The position numbers were made by a program, and so were the translations under genes. From an uncultured Verrucomicrobiae bacterium (GTDB taxonomy: Bacteria; Verrucomicrobiota; Verrucomicrobiia; Chthoniobacterales; Chthoniobacteraceae), in the NCBI GenBank assembly GCA_963769025.1, contig CAVYKI010000006.1, positions 608,001-672,000 on the forward strand: a stretch of 64,000 nt of DNA, given 5' to 3'. The notes under the pieces are model-generated. The model ran no database searches. It was not told the origin of the DNA and saw only the letters and a list, made by a program, of their open reading frames with translations. Each line of letters starts with the position of its first letter. The stretch's first letter is position 1. Positions 44,388 to 52,318 of this stretch are shown one piece after another.

Positions 44388-45528
44388 ACGGCGGAAATTT
44401 GCGGGCGGGGCTCGGCGCAGACGGAGTGGGAACAGCCGGACGGGTGGTGAAAAGCCAAGGTCATCGTCCCGGTGGGGGCGCTCCGGGGTGTGCGGCGGGT
44501 GGTTTTCATGCGGTGCACAGGGTCACGAGACGCTTGAGGTTCCAGGCCACGCTCTTGAGCTGGAGTTCGAGGGTGCCTTTGCGCAGGCCGGTGTAGCGCA
44601 TCCGCCGCCAGCCGAGTACGCGCTTCCAGTGGCCGAAGATTTTCTCGATGCCGGCGCGCGTGGCAGCCAGCCAGCCGTTGACCTCCTGCTGCTCGTCGGT
44701 GAGCGGGCGGTTGCGGCGCGCGGGCTCCATCAGCCCGCTGTGGATGCCTCGGGCGGCCAGCCATGCCTCGTGCTCGGCGCTGTAGTAGGCTTTGTCGGCG
44801 ATGGCCATCTCGGTGTCCGCCGGGCACACGTCCTTGAATTTTCGGCTGTCATGCACATTAGCTGCCGTCAGTTCCGCGGTGCGGATGAGCGTGTGCTCCT
44901 CGTCGGCGGCGACGTGTGCCTTGAACCCGTAATAGGCCCGGCCTCCCTTGGTCGCGTAGCCGGCCTCGGGGTCGCCCTGCGTGCCGTCGGCGCGCTCGGC
45001 ATGGGTGGGCTTGCGCCGCGCACTCTCGACGATGGTCGCATCCACGAGCGTGACGCTTTTGACCATCAGCCCGCGCGCTTCGAGTTGGGCATTCACCAGT
45101 CCGAGCAGCCGCGTGTGCAGCCCCCTCGCCACCAGCCGTGCGCGATACCGAACAAGCGCCGTCTCGTCCGGCACGCGATCCGCCAGGCCCAGCCCGCAGA
45201 ACTCCCGGAAGCTGCGCCGGTCGGCCACCTGCGCCTCGCACTCCGGGTCGCTCAAGTCATAGAAGTGCTGCAGCAGCGTCATCTTGAACATCACCAGCGG
45301 GTCGTGCGGGTCGCGCCCGCGCGTGGCCGTGTATGCCTCACGCAGCGCTGCCTCGATCGGCGTGAAGTCCACCACACTCTCCAGCTTGCCGAGGAATCTC
45401 GCCGTGCGGTTGCCCCGGTTCTCACGGTTGGCCATCTCATCCACGAAGTTCATCTGACGTTCGCTTTTGCTCATGCGTTCTTCGATCCCTCTCCCTCACA
45501 TGCCTTGGGGGATTTTCGCAGAGGTCTC
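44336..45528 (-). mobile_element. IS5-family insertion sequence (IS1106-like ends)
   Basis: Perfect 16-bp terminal inverted repeats GAGACCTCTGCGAAAA (44336-44351 and 45513-45528) around one transposase gene. Confidence 0.93.
44506..45474 (-). CDS. IS5-family DDE transposase
   Basis: LSDP..E...DRRSFR.FCGL..VPDET, VDAT, GFKAH, ADKAY, RAGIEKIFG..KR. Confidence 0.95.
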   Translation of the reverse strand: MSKSERQMNFVDEMANRENRGNRTARFLGKLESVVDFTPIEAALREAYTATRGRDPHDPLVMFKMTLLQHFYDLSDPECEAQVADRRSFREFCGLGLADRVPDETALVRYRARLVARGLHTRLLGLVNAQLEARGLMVKSVTLVDATIVESARRKPTHAERADGTQGDPEAGYATKGGRAYYGFKAHVAADEEHTLIRTAELTAANVHDSRKFKDVCPADTEMAIADKAYYSAEHEAWLAARGIHSGLMEPARRNRPLTDEQQEVNGWLAATRAGIEKIFGHWKRVLGWRRMRYTGLRKGTLELQLKSVAWNLKRLVTLCTA

Positions 45529-45764
45529 AGAATGTTTGCAAATATAGGGTTTTGCGCGGCATGACGCAGGAGGAGCTCGCGGCGAAGGCGGAAATGGACC
45601 GGAGCTACCTCGCGCGGATCGAGTCCGGCAATGCGAAGGCGTCGGTGGACCTCATCGAGCGCCTCGCGATGGGGCTGGAGGTCGCCCCGGAGAAATTGCT
45701 TCACGGCTATGCCCGGAGCGCCGGGGCCTTGCGGTCGCGGAATGGGAGCCATCAGCCGGCGTGA
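45529..45764 (+). pseudogene. XRE-family HTH regulator, 5' end probably cut by the IS
   Basis: Frame reads (Q)NVCKYRVLRGMTQEELAAKAEMDRSYLARIESG..SVDLIERLAMGLEV from the IS end onward. Confidence 0.75.
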
Positions 45765-45859
45765 TCCCCGGGCCATGCGTTTCATAGTGTCAGCCAATGG
45801 GAACGGGACGGGCGGGAACGGGGGGATTCCTGCGCAGGACACGCTGCTCCCCGGTCTCA

Positions 45860-46392
45860 TTAGGCAATCATTCCTGAGGGATGGGAGGGTCCGGGTCGCG
45901 GCCGGACAATCGTTCCCGGCAGACAACTCGCTCCGGGAGGCGGGCAGACAATCGTTTTCAAGGGACAACCCGCTCCGGCATCCCGAAACACAATCGTTTT
46001 CGGGGGACGACCGGCTCCGGCGGGTGAAAACACAATCGTTCCTGAGAGTCACCCGGCTCCGGTCTCTCAGGAATGATTGTGTTTTGGCACCCGCCGCTCT
46101 CAGTCCCGTCAAAACGCAATCAGTCCTGAGAGTCCCCACCCTGCCGGGTGAGAAAAGACAATCGTTATTGAGAGTCCCGAGCCGGTTGTCTGCCAATTTT
46201 GATTGTCGGGCGAGGCTCCGGAGCGAGGTGTCTGCCAATCCGGATTGTTTCCTGAGGTCCCGGAGCGGGGTGCCCCCCGAAAACGATTGTGTCCTGACGT
46301 TCCCGGGTCTCCTGCCGGTCAAAAATGATTGTTTTGCGGCGTTCCCAAGCGGGTCGCCGGTCGGGACGGATTGGTTTCCCGCCTCCCGGAGC
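45860..46392. repeat. 42-bp-period array of 13 degenerate units with orientation-switching CAATC/GATTG core
   Basis: Cores at 45865, 45907, 45949, 45991, 46033, 46075, 46117, 46159, 46201, 46243, 46285, 46327 and 46369. Confidence 0.92.
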
Positions 46393-46526
46393 CTTCCGTC
46401 CCCCGGGAAGCTTTGCGGATCGGGAGGGTCCAGTCTCAAGACGGCCAGGACCGAAAGCGGATGCGGCGAACGGGACTGTGGCATCGGCGCGCAGGCGCGT
46501 GGCGCAGTGAAGCGTGGCGGAGCCTT

Positions 46527-46659
46527 TGGACTGCGGCGGCTTGACGCCGCTTTCCGTTTCGAGGCTTGCCGAGAAGCCGGTGGTGCGGGGCTTCCCGATG
46601 GCCTCCCACGCTCGCCAAGGCTCGCCATACCCAAAGCGGCGTCAAGCCGCCGCACTCCA
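46527..46659. repeat. REP/MITE-like palindromic element
   Basis: tggactgcggcggcttgacgccgcttt ... aaagcggcgtcaagccgccgcactcca. Confidence 0.85.
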
Positions 46660-46702
46660 TGGGCTCCGCCCATCCTGCCGCGTGCCCGTTTTCCACTCCG
46701 TC

Positions 46703-47731
46703 ATGAGCCGCTGGGATGATCCGTCCACGACGTGGGACTCCTTTTTCTGGGATGCGCCGGATGCCCCGGTGCCGCCCCCGACCAAACACAGGAAAACAAA
46801 CCGACGAACCATGAGCAGCAACCCCACCCCGGACAACAACGACATCCTCCGCGCCCTGGCCGATCGCATCGCGGACGGGTGCAATACCCATGAAACGGCC
46901 ATCGGCATCAAGCAGAACACGGAGGCGGCCATCCGCGCGGCGCTCGCGGTCCTCGATGCGGCGCAGTACCAGCTCGGCCAGAAGCGGGCCGCGGTGGATG
47001 CCGGCTACGGAGCCATGCAGGCGGCGGATGTGGCCGGACAGACGACAGTCACGAACTGCAAGCTGCGCCTCCGGCAGAAGCTCGGCGAACGCTGGAGCGC
47101 GGCATGGGAGCCGACCGGCTTCCCGCACCAGTCCACCGCCGTGCCCGGCACGCAGGACGAGCGGTTCACGCTGCTCAAGAAGCTGAACACCTACTTCACC
47201 AATGTGCCTGCGAACGAAAGCGCCGACATGGGAGCGACCGCCGCGCTGTGCCTGGCGGCGTGGGACGCCCTCTCGAATGCCCGGCAGTCGGTGGCGGACG
47301 CCGAGGCCGCTGAGACCGGCGCCGCGAGCGCCCATGCCGCCGCCGCGGAAGCCCTTCGGAAGCGGGTGCGCGGGCTCATCAATGAGCTGGGCGGCCTGAT
47401 CGAGGACGACGACCCGCGCTACGAGGCGTTCGGCCTGAACATCCCGGCAAACCCGAGCGCGCCGGAGCCGGTGTCCGGCGTCACGCTGGCGCCGCTGGGC
47501 AACGGGCGCTTCTCGGCGAGCTGGCCCTACGCGACGCGGGCGGTGCGGTTCCGCGTGGAGACATTAGTCATGGGCACGGATACGGAATGGCAGAACAAGG
47601 GGAGCTTCCGGGACCTGGAGGCGATCCTGAAGAACTTCGCCGCGGGGCAGACCGTGAAGGTGCGGATCGTCGCCGGAAACGACGGCGGCGACGCCGCGCC
47701 GAGCCCGGAGGGGAGCGTCGTCGTCGCGTAA
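46703..47731 (+). CDS. hypothetical protein: WD-rich leader, Ala-rich helical region, C-terminal FN3-like domain (alternative start 46811)
   Basis: MSRWDDPSTTWDSFFWDAP; C-terminus PEPVSGVTL..SASW..FRV..VRIVAGNDGGDAAPS. Confidence 0.75.
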   Translation: MSRWDDPSTTWDSFFWDAPDAPVPPPTKHRKTNRRTMSSNPTPDNNDILRALADRIADGCNTHETAIGIKQNTEAAIRAALAVLDAAQYQLGQKRAAVDAGYGAMQAADVAGQTTVTNCKLRLRQKLGERWSAAWEPTGFPHQSTAVPGTQDERFTLLKKLNTYFTNVPANESADMGATAALCLAAWDALSNARQSVADAEAAETGAASAHAAAAEALRKRVRGLINELGGLIEDDDPRYEAFGLNIPANPSAPEPVSGVTLAPLGNGRFSASWPYATRAVRFRVETLVMGTDTEWQNKGSFRDLEAILKNFAAGQTVKVRIVAGNDGGDAAPSPEGSVVVA

Positions 47732-47756
47732 CGACGGGGGCGGGGCGGGGCGGGGT

Positions 47757-47913
47757 GAGAGTTGAGGGTTGAGGGTTGAGAGATGAGAGGCTGACTCGGC
47801 CGGCTAACAGTCCCCTTCCCTTTCAATAGCCTGCGTCCATCTCCGCATTGCATCAGTTCCCAGCTTCCGCCTCCTAACTTCCGCCTCTCCACTCTTAACC
47901 CTCAACTCTCAAC
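47757..47913. repeat. inverted heptamer repeats (GTTGAGR / YCTCAAC)
   Basis: gagagttgagggttgagggttgagag ... ctcttaaccctcaactctcaac. Confidence 0.7.
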
Positions 47914-47919
47914 TGAAGA

Positions 47920-48519
47920 ATGTTCGACCCTTCCCTCCCCGCCGATGCCACCAAGGCCACCGCCGCAGAGATGCGCGCGCAACTCACCGGGCTGAAGGCG
48001 GAAATCGACGCCATCCCGGGCATCACCTCGGCGGTGGTGGATTCGGTGACGACGACCGGTCCCGGCGAGCCGGCGACGGTGAGCGTGTCCGTGATCGGGA
48101 CGGTGTTGCATATTAGCCTTGCGCTGCCGCGCGGGGCGGATGGCGTCCCCGGCATGCAGGGCGAACAGGGGTTGCAAGGTCCGCCATTTGCCAGTGCGGT
48201 CATCGACAGCGTCGGCACGCTGAATCCCGGGGAGAATGCGACGGTGTCGGTGTCCTTCGACGGGAGCACGGTGCATTTCAGCTTTGGCATCCCGCGCGGG
48301 GCGCAGGGGGAGCAGGGCATCCAGGGCGAGTCGGGCCAGGTGACGACCGAGGCGCTCAACGGGGCGATTTCCTCTGCTCTCGCGGGCACCTCGAACAACA
48401 CGAACGGGGTCGCCGCCATGGACACGCCTTTCACCAACGACCCGCCGACCCTGGCCGACCTGGAGCTGATGCGGGCGAACTACAACCTGCTGGTCGCGGC
48501 GCTGCGCCGGCAGGTGTAG
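47920..48519 (+). CDS. collagen-like / fibre-like repeat protein
   Basis: Two ~35-aa beta-rich repeats (AVVDSV..PGEPATVSVS..HISLALPRG and AVIDSV..PGENATVSVS..HFSFGIPRG), each followed by G-X-Y triplets. Confidence 0.75.
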   Translation: MFDPSLPADATKATAAEMRAQLTGLKAEIDAIPGITSAVVDSVTTTGPGEPATVSVSVIGTVLHISLALPRGADGVPGMQGEQGLQGPPFASAVIDSVGTLNPGENATVSVSFDGSTVHFSFGIPRGAQGEQGIQGESGQVTTEALNGAISSALAGTSNNTNGVAAMDTPFTNDPPTLADLELMRANYNLLVAALRRQV

Positions 48520-48870
48520 CCCCTGGACTGCGGCAGCTCGCTGCCGCTTTCGGCTTCGAGGCTTGCCGAGAAGGGGGTGGGGCGTGTGACCGGATGCCAC
48601 CCCGCGCTCGCCAAGGCTCGCCGGCCACAAAGCGGAGGCGAGCCTCCGCAGTCCAGGGCTACGCGACACCTTTGAAGTTCGGGTCGTCGATTCCCTTCAG
48701 CTCGCTGCCGCTTTCGGCTTCGAGGCTTGCCGAGAAGGGGGTGGAGCGTGACCTTCGGCACGCTTCGCAGGGCAAGTCTTGCAAACGGAAACCCGGCCCG
48801 GACACCGCACCACGCTCGCCAAGGCTCGCCGGCCACAAAGCGGAGGCGAGCCTCCGCAGTCCAGGGCTAC
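48516..48870. repeat. two tandem REP/MITE-like elements separated by a duplicated gene end
   Basis: gtagcccctggactgcgg ... ccgcagtccagggctac; internal blocks shared with 46527-46659. Confidence 0.8.
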
Positions 48871-50264
48871 GCGACGCCTTTGAACTTCGGGTCGTCGATG
48901 CCCTTCAGCTCGCCGGTGCTGTCGGCGAAGCGGTCCAGCGGGACGCCGGCGCGCAGCAGCATCGAGTGCCATAGGTTCGCGAGCGGCGTTTTCTTTTCGT
49001 GGATGACGTGGCGGCCCGTGGCGATGGTTCCGCCGCCGCGGCCGGCGAGGACGATGGGAAGATTCTTCGGGCTGTGCGCGTTGCCGTCCCGGATTCCCCC
49101 GCCGAGCACGATCATGCAGTGGTCGAGCAAAGTGCCGGAACCTTCGCGGATGCTCCGGAGCTTTTCGACGAAGTAGGCGTACTGCTCGACGTGCCACTGG
49201 TTGATCTGCTGGTAGTGCGCCAGCTTGTCGGGCTTGTTTTCGTGGTGCGAAGTCTCGTGGTGGCCGCCGAAGTTCGCCCCGAGGAAGGCGAAGCTGCGGC
49301 TGCTCACGGCGTTGCCAAACATGAACGTGGAGATGCGCGTCGTGTCGGTCCAGAAGGCGAGCGCCATGAGGTCGAGCATGAGCCGCGTGTGCTCGGTGTG
49401 GTTGCCCGCGCGCTCGCTGAGGCGCGCGGGATCGGAATAGGCGTCGATGCGCCGGCCGAGATCATCGACCGCCGCGCGCGCCGCGGGATCTTCGTCCGCG
49501 TGCTCACGCTGCCTTTTCGCATCCCACTCGATGCGGCGTTCGACGGCACGGACGCTCTCCAGGTATTCGTCGAGCTTCGCGCGGTCGTTCGAGCCGAGCT
49601 TTTGCTGGAGGCGCTTCGCATCGCCGGCGACGAGGTCGAGCACGCTGCGGTCGCGGGTCGCCGCGAGGTCGGCGGCTGCGCGGCCGGTGGCCGCCTGCGG
49701 ACGGAAGATGCGGTCGAAGGCGAGCTTCGGGTTGATTTCCTTCGCGAGCGGCGTGGTCGGCTGGCTCCACGAGATGTGCGCGCCGTAGAGCTGCGTGTAG
49801 CCGACGTTCGTATCGACGCCGGTCGCGGGCGGCTCGATGCCGAGTTCCAGCGACGGCAGCCGGGTGAGGATGCCCACGCGCTTCGCGGCGACCTGATCCA
49901 TCGAGATGCCGTTGCTGTTCAGCTCGTCGCCGGTCGTGTGCGTGATCGTCGTGCTGGTGAGGTAGCCGCCGGTCTTCACGTAATGGCCGTCGCCGGTGTC
50001 GCTCGCGGCGTTCCACAGTTCGCTGAGCACGAGGATGTCGTCTTTCACCCCCGCAAGCGGGGCGAGCGTGGGCGAAAGCTCGAAGTCCGATCCCGTGCCC
50101 TTCGGCGTCCACATGCCGGGATGGACTCCATTGGCCATGTAAAGCTGCGCCATCCGCACGGGGAAGCGGGTGCTGGCGGCGGGGAGCATGGCCTCGAGCA
50201 CGGGAAGCGCGAGCGTGGCCCCGAGGCCCTTGAGCAATGTGCGGCGGCTGATGGCTGGGTTCAT
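48867..50264 (-). CDS. DUF1552 (PVC) protein
   Basis: ISRRTLLKGLG..LALPVLEAM, SMDQVAA, SLELG, EGSGTLLD, AHSPKNLP. Confidence 0.88.
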   Translation of the reverse strand: MNPAISRRTLLKGLGATLALPVLEAMLPAASTRFPVRMAQLYMANGVHPGMWTPKGTGSDFELSPTLAPLAGVKDDILVLSELWNAASDTGDGHYVKTGGYLTSTTITHTTGDELNSNGISMDQVAAKRVGILTRLPSLELGIEPPATGVDTNVGYTQLYGAHISWSQPTTPLAKEINPKLAFDRIFRPQAATGRAAADLAATRDRSVLDLVAGDAKRLQQKLGSNDRAKLDEYLESVRAVERRIEWDAKRQREHADEDPAARAAVDDLGRRIDAYSDPARLSERAGNHTEHTRLMLDLMALAFWTDTTRISTFMFGNAVSSRSFAFLGANFGGHHETSHHENKPDKLAHYQQINQWHVEQYAYFVEKLRSIREGSGTLLDHCMIVLGGGIRDGNAHSPKNLPIVLAGRGGGTIATGRHVIHEKKTPLANLWHSMLLRAGVPLDRFADSTGELKGIDDPKFKGVA

Positions 50265-52134
50265 GGAACGATTGCAGTGACCGACACCTCGGCGGGTTTG
50301 CGAAACTGGAACGGCCGGCTGCGCGCGATTTCGAGCACGAGGCGCTGCGTCCGGTATCCGTCCTTCGCGACGGCGCGCGCGATTTGCCGGATGGTCAGCC
50401 AGTCGGTCTGCTCGACGCCGCGGCCGAGCGCGTAGCTGAACATGCGCTCGGTGACGTTGCGCGTGAACTCATCCTTGCGATCGAGCAGCAGGCGCTTGAG
50501 TTCCGCCGGGCCGGTGAACTTGCTGCCATCGGGCAGCTCGCCGGAGGAGTCCACGGCGACATTCGCGACCGTCGTCCTCCAGGCGCCGATGGGATCGAAA
50601 TTTTCCAGCCCGAAGCCGAGCTGATCCATCGTCTTGTGGCATGCGGCGCACTCGGCCCTGCTGCGGTGCACCTCGAGTTGCTGGCGCAAGGTGAGGCCGT
50701 TGCGCGCCTTGTCGGATGTCGGCAGCGCCTTGATCATCGGCGGAGGCGGAGGCGGAGGAGTGCCGAGGATTTCCTCCATCAGCCACTTTCCGCGCAGCAC
50801 CGGACTGCTCCGGCGCGGGTAGCTCGTGAGCGTGAGCACGCCGGCCATCGTGAGCACGCCGCCGCGATTCCGATCCGTGACCGGCACCCGCTGGAAGCCT
50901 TCGCCCTCCACCTCGCCGAAGCCGTAGAATTTCGCGAGCTCCGCATTCGCGTAGGTGTAGTCGGCGTCGATGCACTCGGTGAGCGGGCGGTTCTCGCGCA
51001 GCAGCGCGTGGAAAAATGCGACCGGCTCGCCGGCCATCGCGTCGCGCAGCGCGGGAGTGAAGCCGGGGAACCTGTCCTGTCGCCGGCCGGACGCTCGTCT
51101 GCAGTTCCCTCGTCCGCAGCCACTGGCTGGCGAAATTCTCCGCAAAGGTGCGCGCCTTCGGGTCCGCGAGCATCCGGCCCACCTGCGCCTCGAGGGTCGC
51201 GGCGATCCGAAAGTTTGCCGTCCTGCGCGAGCGCGAACAGCGGCTCGTCGGGCATCGAGGACCACAGGAAGTAGCTCAGGCGCGACGCGAGTTCCCAATC
51301 GCTGATCCGCTGCGGCTGGATGCCCGGGCGATCCTGCTCGGCGCGGAAAAGGAACGATGGCGAGACCAGGAGCACGCGCACGCATTGCCGCATCGCGTCC
51401 TCCCACGAGGCGCCCTGCTTGCGCGATTCCTCGTGGAGTGCGAGCAGCGGGGCGAGTTCGTCGTCCGCCACCGGACGGCGGAAGGCCCGCGGCGCCAGCC
51501 ATGCGAGATTTTCCCGCGCAGCGGAGTAATCGTCCTTCCCCGCGCCCGGCCGCACGTGAAAGAGGCGCTCGGGCTTCGCCGCCGTGACGATGTCCGTCGC
51601 CGCGGCGAGATATTTCTCCATCAGGATGGGCGGGACGAAGAGCGTCGCGGCGTTGTTGTCGAATCCGCCGCCGCCGCCGGCGTCGGGCGGAAAGCGGTCC
51701 GCGGGATGCGATTCCACGCCGAGCAGGTCGCGCACGGTGTTGTTGTATTCGAGCCGGCTGAGGCGGTGGATGAGCTTGCGGCCGACATCGGACGGCACCA
51801 GGAGCGGGTCAGGATTGTCCAGCGTCGAGGAAAGCCACGCCGTGACCAGCGCGCGTTCCGCAGGCGTCGGCTGCGCCTTTTTGGCCGGCGGCATCGAGGC
51901 GTCGCGGACGGCATTGAGCGTCTTTTCCCAAGTCTTCGGCTCGCTCCAAAACGCGCCCTTCGCCGACAGAGCCTCCAGATTCACGCCACCCTTCGCCGTG
52001 TCGTCATGGCAGCCGAAGCAGTAGTTTTGCAAGACCGGCAAGACATCCTTCCCGAAGTCAGAGGCGACGACTCCCCTCTGTAAGGCGCTCACCCCGAGCG
52101 CCGCCACTGACAGGATGAGGGTTGCTCTCGTCAC
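50261..52134 (-). pseudogene. cytochrome c + PSD-domain (DUF1587/1595/1592/1588/1585-type) protein, frameshifted
   Basis: CFGCH, RLSRLEYNNTVRDL, ELASRLSYFLWSSMPD, SPVLRGKW, CAACH spread over three frames (shifts near 51200 and 51080). Confidence 0.8.
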
Positions 52135-52318
52135 GGGCGGAATCTTTGGGACTCCATTTAAGCTTAAAGTATGCGACCCGCGGAAAAAGGGAAGCGGAAA
52201 CTTTGACCCTCCCGTTCCATCCGGCCAAGGGACAGGCACTTCCGATTATGAATTTTCCATAAGAAAAAATCTGCGTGTCATTTCTGCGACGAACCTGAAC
52301 CGGGCCGACGGCCGCAAC

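Noticed and set aside
45860..46392. CRISPR array, integron attC array or DGR template interpretation of the 42-bp array
   Set aside because: The conserved core is only 5-9 bp and switches orientation; no cas, integron integrase or reverse transcriptase gene is in the window; no adenine-specific TR/VR pair seen.
47920..48519. Prophage
   Set aside because: Only a fibre-like gene and an XRE remnant; no capsid, portal, terminase or integrase.
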